DNA of 64,000 nucleotides, from contig CAOYAN010000008.1 of assembly GCA_948562205.1 (NCBI GenBank), positions 1,453 through 65,452 on the forward strand, given 5' to 3'. Source of the stretch: an uncultured Clostridia bacterium. GTDB taxonomy: Bacteria > Bacillota > Clostridia > TANB77 > CAG-465. Position 1 is the stretch's first letter. Every line of letters starts with the position of its first letter. Under the pieces are notes generated by a model. That model worked only from the letters and a program-made list of their open reading frames with translations. It was not told where the DNA came from and ran no database searches. Of this stretch, positions 11,841 through 20,700 are shown in pieces. The position numbers and the translations under genes are program-made.

Positions 11841-12575
11841 TTATTTATTTTTATATATTTCGTTTACTTGAGCAAGAGCTTCATGAGTACCAACATCATA
11901 CCACTCACCATTTAATACATAACCATAAACTGGCTCTTTTTTATATAAATATGCTACAAAGTTTCCTGGTGCATCTGTATTGTTACCTTCTTCAATATAT
12001 TTTTTAAATACTGGTATAATTTCTTTATTATATAAATATATAGCTGTTGCTGCATATTCACCTTTTGGTTCTGCTGGTTTTTCTTCAAATCCTACAACTC
12101 TCATCTCTTCATTTGTTTCAACAACTCCAAGTCTTTTTAAATTGTTATATTCTTCTTTTTTTACACAAATTGCCGCAGATTTTTTTTCATTATAAAATTC
12201 AACAAAATCTTTTAACTTAAATGAGAATAAATTATCTGTTGCCATTACTAGTATGTCATCATTAATATTTGCTTTTTCTATTGTATAATTAATATCTCCT
12301 ATTGCACCTAGTCTATCATCATTAGTGCTTGTACCATCATTAAATACTGTAATTGGTTTTATATTATTTTTTTCTTTTGCCCAGGCTTCAAAATGTGGTG
12401 TATATTTAGCATTAGTAACTAAATATATTTCATTTACTTGCTCTAATGAATTGATTTCATCTAATATATAATCAAGTAAAGGTCTTGTACCTACTTTTAA
12501 TAACGCTTTAGGAAAATTCTCTGTTAAAGGGAATAGCCTTGTTGCATATCCTGCACATAATAAAATACATTTCAT
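11841..12575 (-). CDS. sugar-phosphate nucleotidyltransferase family protein
   Basis: N-terminal LLCAGYATRLFPLTENFPKALL matches the GxGxR(L) signature of NTP-transferases (RmlA/GalU-like). 244 aa. Confidence 0.75.
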   Translation of the reverse strand: MKCILLCAGYATRLFPLTENFPKALLKVGTRPLLDYILDEINSLEQVNEIYLVTNAKYTPHFEAWAKEKNNIKPITVFNDGTSTNDDRLGAIGDINYTIEKANINDDILVMATDNLFSFKLKDFVEFYNEKKSAAICVKKEEYNNLKRLGVVETNEEMRVVGFEEKPAEPKGEYAATAIYLYNKEIIPVFKKYIEEGNNTDAPGNFVAYLYKKEPVYGYVLNGEWYDVGTHEALAQVNEIYKNK

Positions 12576-12606
12576 AATAATCTCTCCTTAAATTTTTATC
12601 TTTTAA

Positions 12607-12664
12607 ATAACTCTATTACGTAGAGTTATGCAACAATTATAACACATTAGACTATACATTTCAA
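12607..12664 (-). promoter_or_regulatory. sigma-A-type promoter followed by a perfect 9-bp inverted repeat at about +1
   Basis: Minus strand: TTGAAA (12659-12664), 17 nt, TATAAT (12636-12641), then ATAACTCTA-cgtaa-TAGAGTTAT (12607-12629) ahead of the nucleotidyltransferase RBS. Confidence 0.5.
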
Positions 12665-12676
12665 GTATTATATTTT

Positions 12677-12718
12677 AAAAATAAAAGTCTGTTAAGCTTG
12701 AATGCAAACTAACAGACT
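12677..12718 (-). terminator. intrinsic terminator downstream of CDS 12739..13617
   Basis: AGTCTGTTA ... TAACAGACT stem (12686-12718), followed on the minus strand by TTTTATTTTT. Confidence 0.7.
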
Positions 12719-12738
12719 CTAATTTCATTTTATTTCAT

Positions 12739-13617
12739 TTATATAGCATCCATATCATTTAATTTATCTTCAAATTCAGATATTCTTTGCTCTGTTTCAT
12801 ATTGTTCTATTCTATTTAATGCATATAAGTATTTTCTTTCTTGAGAAAGTAATGCTTGATATTCATCATTCCAATCTTCATGACTTCTTAAACTAGAATG
12901 TACATCATTTAATTTTTCTTCTAGTACAAGTTTTACAGAATCTACAACAGATGCTTCTTTTTCTACTTTTATTCCATTATCTACCATATAAGTAACAACT
13001 TCAGCAAATAATCTTTCTCCTTGAGCATTTACTCCACCCTCAGTATTGTCATGTAAAATATTTACAACTTTATTTACTTGTTCAATACCCATTTTATCAA
13101 ATATAGTATCTACTCTTGAATCAATGAACTGACCATTTTCACCAAATACTTCTTGACCTTTTATAAATAAGTCAACATTATTTTGAATAATTCTTGCTTG
13201 AGCTACTGGTAATTCTTCAGTTGCTATTTTAAGTGCGTGTCTATCATAATATTTTCTAAATGCACTATTACACATTTCTTGTGATTCAGCATATGGTTTG
13301 AAAAATTGAGCATATTCTCTTAAAACATCATGTTGTGTTTTTTCTCCACTAACATTTTGTCTAAGTTCTTCTACATTTTCTCCAAAATATGCAGTAACCT
13401 TATGATCTATACCATCTGGCTCATAAGCAGGTATTACTGGTTCTGCTTGTTGTGGTTCTGTAACAACACTTTCTGCTTCTTGTTCTGTTACTCCCTCTTG
13501 TAACATTAAATAATCTTGTTTTCCTCCAAAAATTCTTACGAATGCATTTTTAAAAGAGTTCATATCTTCTAAAAATAATTTCCATTCATTTTTCCAAAAT
13601 TCTAACATATCAAACAC
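12739..13617 (-). CDS. hypothetical acidic, Gln/Glu-rich protein
   Basis: 292 aa, no TM helix and no motif I recognise. Predicted amphipathic N-terminus and coiled-coil-like C-terminus. Flanked by its own promoter and terminator (monocistronic). Confidence 0.6.
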   Translation of the reverse strand: MFDMLEFWKNEWKLFLEDMNSFKNAFVRIFGGKQDYLMLQEGVTEQEAESVVTEPQQAEPVIPAYEPDGIDHKVTAYFGENVEELRQNVSGEKTQHDVLREYAQFFKPYAESQEMCNSAFRKYYDRHALKIATEELPVAQARIIQNNVDLFIKGQEVFGENGQFIDSRVDTIFDKMGIEQVNKVVNILHDNTEGGVNAQGERLFAEVVTYMVDNGIKVEKEASVVDSVKLVLEEKLNDVHSSLRSHEDWNDEYQALLSQERKYLYALNRIEQYETEQRISEFEDKLNDMDAI

Positions 13618-13664
13618 CTCTTTTGTATACTAATAATAATTCTATTAAACTTTATGTAATTACA

Positions 13665-13693
13665 TTATATAGAATAGCTTGATAAATTGCAAT
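13665..13693 (-). promoter_or_regulatory. sigma-A-type promoter of CDS 12739..13617
   Basis: Minus strand TTGCAA (13688-13693), 17 nt, TATAAT (13665-13670), about 45 nt upstream of the AGAGGTG RBS. Confidence 0.55.
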
Positions 13694-13856
13694 AACAATA
13701 ATGTTTAATTTATATTACATTTTTGTTACAATTTTTACCATTTTAGTCTTATTTTACAGTTTTATTCAGCTATGCAAATATTACAGTTTACAATAAACAA
13801 ATTATTTTTTATAAAATATTTTTATGTTATATAAAACATTTTTAATTATATTTTTA

Positions 13857-14174
13857 TTAATCTATATATTTATCCATTAAATCTATTATTTCATCTCTAC
13901 TTCTAAGTCCTATCTTTTTATCTACTAATATTCCATCTTTATATATGCAAATAGCTGGTATTGTATCAATTTTAAGGTCTGATGCAACTTTTGGATTTTC
14001 ATCTATATTCATTTTTAATATATTATATCCTTGTCTGCTATTTCCTATATCATCTAATATTGGACTAAGTCTCATACATGGTCCACACCAAGTAGCATAA
14101 AAATCTACTAGGCACACTCCATTTTTATTTATTACCTCTTTTTCAAAACTTTCATCACTTATATGTTTTATCAT
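13857..14174 (-). CDS. trxA: thioredoxin
   Basis: 105 aa with the WCGPC active site and a typical thioredoxin layout. Confidence 0.92.
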   Translation of the reverse strand: MIKHISDESFEKEVINKNGVCLVDFYATWCGPCMRLSPILDDIGNSRQGYNILKMNIDENPKVASDLKIDTIPAICIYKDGILVDKKIGLRSRDEIIDLMDKYID

Positions 14175-14185
14175 TTTATCTCCTC

Positions 14186-14623
14186 CTAATTCTTATTATA
14201 TATAAGCATATTTTTATATGGAAATGTAGCAAGCGCTGCATACTCCCATATATATATATTATTATACCCCAAACTATTAAGATTAATAATAGCTGTTTTA
14301 CTTCTTGTTCCAGTAGAGCAATAAACCATAATTGGTTTTGTTTGTTCATATATAAATATTTTCTTTTCAATATCTGCTACAGGAATATTGATAGCATTTT
14401 TCAAATGCATAATATTATACTCACTCTCACTTCTAACATCTATTAGAATTACACTTTCATTTTCTATCATATTTTTTGCTTCATCAAAGCTTATAAGTTT
14501 ATATGATAGATTACATGCACTTCTATTTGAATAAGTGAATTTTTTAAAAATACTACCTCTATTATTTCCCCTACTATTACCATTATTTTTTCCAAACAAA
14601 TTATTTATTATATTATCAAGCAT
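14186..14623 (-). CDS. rhodanese-domain sulfurtransferase
   Basis: 145 aa. Rhodanese core with active-site loop CSTGTRS (Cx5R-type). Sits 11 nt upstream of trxA. Confidence 0.8.
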   Translation of the reverse strand: MLDNIINNLFGKNNGNSRGNNRGSIFKKFTYSNRSACNLSYKLISFDEAKNMIENESVILIDVRSESEYNIMHLKNAINIPVADIEKKIFIYEQTKPIMVYCSTGTRSKTAIINLNSLGYNNIYIWEYAALATFPYKNMLIYNKN

Positions 14624-14678
14624 AAGCTATACCTTCCTCTCTAGTATAGCCTATGCGATAAATACATATTTATGCTAA

Positions 14679-17348
14679 TTAATCATTTTTAAATATTTTA
14701 GCAAGTATAAGTTTTATAATTTCAAATAATATTGCTGTAAATATAGATACTATAGCAATAATCATATATATATTATTTGGCATATTGGGTACTGATAATA
14801 AACTTGCAAATGATGGAACACAAAATATAAGTATTTGTATAAATAGTGTTCCAAGTACACAAAGTAACATTGGTTTATTTGAAATCAGACCAATTTTAAA
14901 TACTGATCTTTTACTAGATCTACATATATATGCAAATAAAATCTCTATAATAGATAATGTCATAAATACTGCTGCTCCTGCAAAACTTTCATTATAATTA
15001 CTACTAATATAAAAATATAGTGCAAATGAAATTATAGTTTTAAGTAATCCTGGTATTATAATTCTTGCCATAAGAAATGGTGTAAATAAGCTTTTTTTAG
15101 AGTCTCTTGGTTTATTTCTCATTATTCCTTTTTCTTCTTTTTCAAATCCTAGTGCAATGGCAGGAATTGTATCAGTAATAAGATTTATCCAAAGTATTTG
15201 AATTGGCAACAAAATACTTTTATTTAAGAAAGTAGCTATTGCTATTATTAATACTTCAGCAAGGTTTGAAGCTAGTAAATATGCTATAACATTTTGAATG
15301 TTATTATATATTCTTCTACCTTCTTTTACTGCAACTATTATAGTAGCAAAATTATCATCTGCAAGTACCATACTAGAAACACTTTTTGATACCTCTGTTC
15401 CAGTAATTCCCATACCAATTCCTATATCTGCTCCTTTTAGTGCTGGCGCATCATTTACACCATCACCTGTCATAGCAACAATTTTTCCTTTTTTCTTCCA
15501 TGCCTTTACAATCCTTATTTTATTTTCTGGAGAGACTCTTGCATACACTCTTATCTTATCTACTCTTTTGTCTAATTCTTCATCTGACATATTATCAAGT
15601 TGTAATCCAGTAATTGCTTCATTTTCTTCTTTTAATATTCCTAATTCATTTGCAATTGCCATAGCTGTATCAATATTATCTCCCGTTATCATTACAGGTA
15701 TCATTCCAGCATTATAACATTTTTCTACTGCTCTTTTTGCCTCTTTACGTGGTGGATCTATCATTCCAACAAGACCTACAAATATTAAATCGTGTTCCGC
15801 ATTTTGGACATTTTCATCTTTTGTAGCCTCTCTATATGCAAAAGCTAGTACTCTTAATGCAGATTTTGCCATATCAAAATTATTTTTAAGTATATGTTCT
15901 CTATCTTGTTTTGTAATATCTCTTATTTTCCCATTTATTAATATTTTAGTTGAAACTTCTAATATTGACTCTACGGCACCCTTAGTAAATACGAAAGTAT
16001 TATCTTTAACTACGTTTATAGTTGTCATCATTTTTCTTTTAGAATCAAAAGGTAATTCATCTATCCTTTTATATTCTTGATCCATTTGCTCTTTATCTAA
16101 ATCAAGTTTCATACCAAAATCTATAAGTGCAGTCTCAGTTGGATCTCCAAGTAAAACCTTTGCACCATTTTCTTCGCCAAACTCTGTATCATTACAAAGC
16201 ATAAATACATCAGATAATTTCTCTAAATCATCGTTTATTTCTTTATCTTCTATTAAACTATTAATTTTCTGATCTTCTGATACATCTATTAATTTTCCAC
16301 CAATATATATTTTTCTTAGTGTCATTTTATTTTGTGTAAGTGTACCAGTTTTATCTGAACATATTACTTCAGTAGAGCCTAAAGCTTCAACTGATGATAA
16401 CTTTCTTACAATTGCTTTTTCTTTTGCCATTTTTTGAACACCAAGTGCCAAAGTTATAGTTATAACCGCAGAAAGTCCCTCAGGAATTGCTGCAACTGCA
16501 AGTGATATAGCAAGCATAAATACATCAAGTATTTTATTTCCCTCTAGATATCCTACTATAAACATAACTACTGCAATAACAACTACTAAAATACTTAACA
16601 CTTTACTTAACTCATTTATTTTCTTTTGAAGTGGTGTTATTTCAACTTTTTGATTTGATATTGCCTCTGCTATTTTACCAAGTTCTGTATTCATACCAGT
16701 AGCAACAACTACAGCTTCGCCTCTACCATATACTACACTACTTCCAGAATATGCCATGTTTTTTCTATCACCAAGTGAAATATTTTTATCTGATACTATT
16801 TTTTCGACTTGTTTATCTACTGGGACAGACTCCCCCGTAAGTGCTGCTTCCTCTATTCTTAAACTATGTGATTCGATAATTCTAAGATCCGCTGGTATAT
16901 AGTCTCCAGCCTCTAGTATAATTATATCACCTACTACTAAATCTTCAGTTTTTATACTAAGTATAGTATTGTTTCTCTTAACCTTTATATATGGAAGAGA
17001 CATTTCTTTTAATGCCTCTATTGCCTTTTCTGCTTTACTCTCTTGCATTACACCAAGTACAGCATTTAAAATAACTACTACAAATATTATTATTGTATCA
17101 GTAAATGGTTCTCCTGTCTTATATGATACAATTGCAGAAAGAATTGCAGATATTATAAGAATAATTATCATGAGATTTTTAAACTGGTCTAAAAACTTTA
17201 GTAAAAATCCTCTCTTTTTTGTCTCTTTTAGTTTATTTGCTCCATTTTTCTTTAATAGTTCATTTGCATAAGCATCATCAAGACCTTCTAATGAAGAATT
17301 TAGTTCCTTTAATACATCTTCTGCACTTTCTCTATAAAATTCTCTCAT
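14679..17348 (-). CDS. P-type cation-transporting ATPase (Ca2+-ATPase-like, P2A)
   Basis: 889 aa. TGES, DKTGTLT phosphorylation site, PEGL in TM4, TGDGVNDAPALK hinge. Confidence 0.9.
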   Translation of the reverse strand: MREFYRESAEDVLKELNSSLEGLDDAYANELLKKNGANKLKETKKRGFLLKFLDQFKNLMIIILIISAILSAIVSYKTGEPFTDTIIIFVVVILNAVLGVMQESKAEKAIEALKEMSLPYIKVKRNNTILSIKTEDLVVGDIIILEAGDYIPADLRIIESHSLRIEEAALTGESVPVDKQVEKIVSDKNISLGDRKNMAYSGSSVVYGRGEAVVVATGMNTELGKIAEAISNQKVEITPLQKKINELSKVLSILVVVIAVVMFIVGYLEGNKILDVFMLAISLAVAAIPEGLSAVITITLALGVQKMAKEKAIVRKLSSVEALGSTEVICSDKTGTLTQNKMTLRKIYIGGKLIDVSEDQKINSLIEDKEINDDLEKLSDVFMLCNDTEFGEENGAKVLLGDPTETALIDFGMKLDLDKEQMDQEYKRIDELPFDSKRKMMTTINVVKDNTFVFTKGAVESILEVSTKILINGKIRDITKQDREHILKNNFDMAKSALRVLAFAYREATKDENVQNAEHDLIFVGLVGMIDPPRKEAKRAVEKCYNAGMIPVMITGDNIDTAMAIANELGILKEENEAITGLQLDNMSDEELDKRVDKIRVYARVSPENKIRIVKAWKKKGKIVAMTGDGVNDAPALKGADIGIGMGITGTEVSKSVSSMVLADDNFATIIVAVKEGRRIYNNIQNVIAYLLASNLAEVLIIAIATFLNKSILLPIQILWINLITDTIPAIALGFEKEEKGIMRNKPRDSKKSLFTPFLMARIIIPGLLKTIISFALYFYISSNYNESFAGAAVFMTLSIIEILFAYICRSSKRSVFKIGLISNKPMLLCVLGTLFIQILIFCVPSFASLLSVPNMPNNIYMIIAIVSIFTAILFEIIKLILAKIFKND

Positions 17349-17359
17349 AATACATCCCC

Positions 17360-18607
17360 CTACTTTTTCTTTTTAGATTTAATACTTTCCTCTCTTTTAA
17401 ATATGTAAGAAAATATTATTCCTACTGCCATAATCATAATTATCATATTAATATATATTCCAATTTTTGGAATATTAGTAAAAAGTATCATTGATAAAAA
17501 TACAAAAAATACACATACCATTCTTTTTGTTAAATCTACATCTTTAAAATAGCTGTCTATAACATATTCATGTGCGACGCCACCAGCAATAAATATTGAT
17601 ATTAAAGATATAACAAATATATTTGCTAAATAAAATACCATAATAGGGATCATTATTTCTTCAATACCTATAAATATTCCAAGAAATGCTAATAGTACTA
17701 CAAGTGGAATTGCTAAATACGAAATAGCACCACTCATTACCGAAAATCCAAAATTTTTACTTGTAGTTTTAAGTAAATTATTAAATATCTTTTCTTTAGA
17801 TATTTTGAAAACTAGTAAATATAATAAGGTATAAACTAGTGCAGTTTTTACAGCACTAATTAAAATGTCAATAATTTTACTTGAAGTACTAGCCCTTTCT
17901 ATAAATTTTATACTTGCATTTCCGTATTTTTCTTTTATATTTATTTCTTTATTTAATGTTTCTATATATATTTTACCAAGTATATTATCATTAGATGATA
18001 TATCTACATTATCAGCTTCTGCTCTAAAATCTTTTTCTATTTTACCAGAAATTATAGCATCTGTCATACCTCCAATAACACTACCTGACACAGAACCTTT
18101 TATTTCAAGTAAATTCGAAAAACATATTACATCACCTGAAACTTTTGCATTTTCTGTTAAAGTTACCTTTTCTCCTGCAAAAACTACTAAAGTTTTATCA
18201 ATTGTAGAATCAATTATAACATTTCCTCTTGAAAGTATAATTGCATATTCCATATTTTCATTTACTCTTATAGTATCATTTGATGCTATAACTTGTATAT
18301 TTTGTGTTTTAGAATTTACATCAACACCTCTATTACCATAAGTAATTCCAAGATTTGAAATTTCTTTATCTATTTCCACCTTATCATATGACATTCTAAA
18401 AAAAGGTAAATAAATATCTCTTCCCTCACTAAATTTATATAGTCCCTCTTTTTCTTCTATATCAATTATTTTATTTATATTCTCTTCATTTTTTTCTGTC
18501 TCCTCTGCTTTTACTACAAAAATGTTTGATGTAGCAATAATTATAATTGCAAGAATACTAAGTATTAGTGTTATTTTATTTTTTTTCACACTTTGTATAT
18601 ATCCCAT
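17360..18607 (-). CDS. secreted/membrane protein with bactofilin-like beta-helix repeats and a C-terminal multi-TM domain
   Basis: I moved the start to the ATG at 18607, after an AGGGGGA RBS. Signal/anchor helix, then repetitive G-x-V/I motifs (KVSGDVICF..IKGSVSGSVIGG..ISGKIEKD), then 4-5 TM helices. Confidence 0.5.
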   Translation of the reverse strand: MGYIQSVKKNKITLILSILAIIIIATSNIFVVKAEETEKNEENINKIIDIEEKEGLYKFSEGRDIYLPFFRMSYDKVEIDKEISNLGITYGNRGVDVNSKTQNIQVIASNDTIRVNENMEYAIILSRGNVIIDSTIDKTLVVFAGEKVTLTENAKVSGDVICFSNLLEIKGSVSGSVIGGMTDAIISGKIEKDFRAEADNVDISSNDNILGKIYIETLNKEINIKEKYGNASIKFIERASTSSKIIDILISAVKTALVYTLLYLLVFKISKEKIFNNLLKTTSKNFGFSVMSGAISYLAIPLVVLLAFLGIFIGIEEIMIPIMVFYLANIFVISLISIFIAGGVAHEYVIDSYFKDVDLTKRMVCVFFVFLSMILFTNIPKIGIYINMIIMIMAVGIIFSYIFKREESIKSKKKK

Positions 18608-18731
18608 ATTTTTTCCCCCTAACAATATGATTATTTTATACTAAAATAAAGTAAAAATCAAGTGAAAATTGCGTGAAAAAAGTGTCTATTGATTTACATC
18701 TAGACACTAATTTATTTTCTACTTTTTTCTT

Positions 18732-19652
18732 CTAATTTTGCAAAGATAAATTTATACCTTTTGATACTATTTTAGATACTATATCAATAACATCATCAAT
18801 ATCTTTTGGCGTTACCATATAATTTTCTGTATTAAGTAAATTTGCAATCATATTATATCTTTCTTCTTTAGATGCATCTGAAAAATTACCAGATACGTTA
18901 ACATTTCCTATCATTTTATCCACAGTTTCATTTGTTATAGTTGCCATATCCACAACAGTTGGAATTCCTATTGCTATTACTGGAATATTTAAAGTTTTCT
19001 CATTTATTCCCTCTCTTTTATTATTTACACCAGCACCTGGTGTAATACCTGTATTAGATATCTGTATAGTCTTACCAAGTCTATTGACACTTTGAGATGC
19101 TAGACTATCTATTGCTATTACTATATCAACATTTATCTTATTTACTATAGAAGATACAATCTCTGATGTTTCAATTCCAGTAGTACCAAGTACTCCAGGG
19201 GCAATAGCACATACTGATCTTGTATTAGAATCTACAAGTTCTTTTGCAAAATTTAGTAAATGTCTTGTTATTTCCACCTCGTTTACTACTTTTGGTCCTA
19301 ATGCATCAGGAGTGACATTTATATTTCCAAGCCCTAGTACTAGTATAGATTTTTTAGTATCTTTTCCTATAAGTTCTACTATAACTCTAGAAAGTTCATC
19401 TACTACTCTTTTTTCATCTTCATCTTCTAAATATTTTATATCTTCTATTTCCATTGTAATATATTTTCCTATTTCTTTAGATATAGCCCTTGATCCATTT
19501 TCATTTAATACTTCTACATTAGTTGTAACAAATCCCTCACCTTTATTTGTTTCAATTTTTATACCATCAACTTCTGTAAGATTATTTACTTTTTTGTATA
19601 TGTCAACACGCTCATCTGCCATATCTGTATTAAAAATACAATTTTTTTCCAC
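18732..19652 (-). CDS. gpr: germination protease Gpr (spore endopeptidase)
   Basis: GLGNINVTPDALGP, IAIDSLA and ISNTGITPGAGVNNKR resemble the B. subtilis Gpr blocks as I remember them. I moved the start to the GTG at 19652, after a GAGGTGA RBS; the track ATG at 19700 lies inside the predicted promoter. Confidence 0.88.
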   Translation of the reverse strand: MEKNCIFNTDMADERVDIYKKVNNLTEVDGIKIETNKGEGFVTTNVEVLNENGSRAISKEIGKYITMEIEDIKYLEDEDEKRVVDELSRVIVELIGKDTKKSILVLGLGNINVTPDALGPKVVNEVEITRHLLNFAKELVDSNTRSVCAIAPGVLGTTGIETSEIVSSIVNKINVDIVIAIDSLASQSVNRLGKTIQISNTGITPGAGVNNKREGINEKTLNIPVIAIGIPTVVDMATITNETVDKMIGNVNVSGNFSDASKEERYNMIANLLNTENYMVTPKDIDDVIDIVSKIVSKGINLSLQN

Positions 19653-19669
19653 ATAAATCACCTCATAAT

Positions 19670-19698
19670 TAGTATGTAAAAAAATCATATTTTTATGC
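19670..19698 (-). promoter_or_regulatory. forespore (sigma-F/G-type) promoter of gpr
   Basis: Minus strand GCATA (19694-19698), 17 nt, CATACTA (19670-19676). This matches the GnATA-N17/18-CATAnTA pattern; gpr is sigma-F/G dependent in B. subtilis. Confidence 0.6.
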
Positions 19699-19782
19699 AT
19701 TTAAAATAATACAATTTTAATAAATAGTGAATGGACATTTCACACTTTTTAATATCAATTATAAAAATTTTAATATTTTTAA

Positions 19783-20700
19783 TTACATATTACATATTAT
19801 TTTTTTAAGTCCAATTTCAAAATCCATTTCACCAATCTTAGTTTTCTTATCATATTCATCAAATTCATATATAATTTTCTTCAATTCATCTAATGAATAC
19901 ATATCACAAGATTTTGATAAATTTTTATATACAAAAGGGTGTATTCCTAAAGTTTTTGCAATATCACTTTGATTTTTTTCCCTCATATATTTTATCATAT
20001 ACATTTGTTTTATTTGTTTATATAACATTATATATATCTTTACAATTGGCTCTTTTTGTTTTAATAATTCATCAAGCATTACAATTGCTTTTTCTCTTTT
20101 TCTATTAACGATCATAGATAGTACATCAAATATTTTTGCACTCAATGTTTTAGAACAGACTTTATCTATTATTTCTCTAGTTACTACTTTTTCATTATCT
20201 AAATATATAACTAATTTTTGCAATTCATTTATAATGTTTGATTTGTCTTCACCACAAATACTTTGCATATACTCTGCATCTTGCAAAGAAATACTTAAAC
20301 CATATTTTTTTAGAATTTGCATAATATATTGTACCATTTGTTTTTCATCCATATATTTAAATTCAACACATTCTGCAATTTTACTTAAAAATTTATATTC
20401 ACTTATTCTTTTATCTACACTATCTTCAATTATTATAACTTTTATATCTTCATCTAAATCTTTTAATAATTCTACATTAAATTTTAGTTTAGTATCTTTA
20501 ATTATTATAAGCTTAGAACTACCAAAAAAAGTTACACCTTGAAGACAAGTAGAAAGTTCCTCTACATTATCTTTGGTAATATAGAATAAATTTAATCCTA
20601 CTTCTAAATTATCAAATTCTTTCTTTATCTTCTCTACTCTTTGTTCTAAATCGTATTTTTCTTCTCCGTAAAATAAATATACATTTGCCAAAGCTATCAT
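19783..20700 (-). CDS. holA: DNA polymerase III delta subunit HolA
   Basis: 305 aa. Typical delta N-terminus (YLFYGEE.YL) and a helical C-terminal domain. Its start overlaps the trmFO stop. Confidence 0.8.
   Translation of the reverse strand: MIALANVYLFYGEEKYDLEQRVEKIKKEFDNLEVGLNLFYITKDNVEELSTCLQGVTFFGSSKLIIIKDTKLKFNVELLKDLDEDIKVIIIEDSVDKRISEYKFLSKIAECVEFKYMDEKQMVQYIMQILKKYGLSISLQDAEYMQSICGEDKSNIINELQKLVIYLDNEKVVTREIIDKVCSKTLSAKIFDVLSMIVNRKREKAIVMLDELLKQKEPIVKIYIMLYKQIKQMYMIKYMREKNQSDIAKTLGIHPFVYKNLSKSCDMYSLDELKKIIYEFDEYDKKTKIGEMDFEIGLKKIICNM

Noticed and set aside
11689-12195. Plus-strand ORFs 11689..11871, 11777..12007 and 11980..12195 around the membrane-protein / nucleotidyltransferase junction.
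   Set aside because: They are low-complexity translations overlapping minus-strand genes and a 24-bp intergenic gap, with no RBS.
14176-14370. 64-aa minus-strand ORF overlapping the 3' end of the rhodanese gene.
   Set aside because: It is an alternative frame of the rhodanese CDS with no RBS or motif. The rhodanese frame carries the active-site loop and is the real gene.
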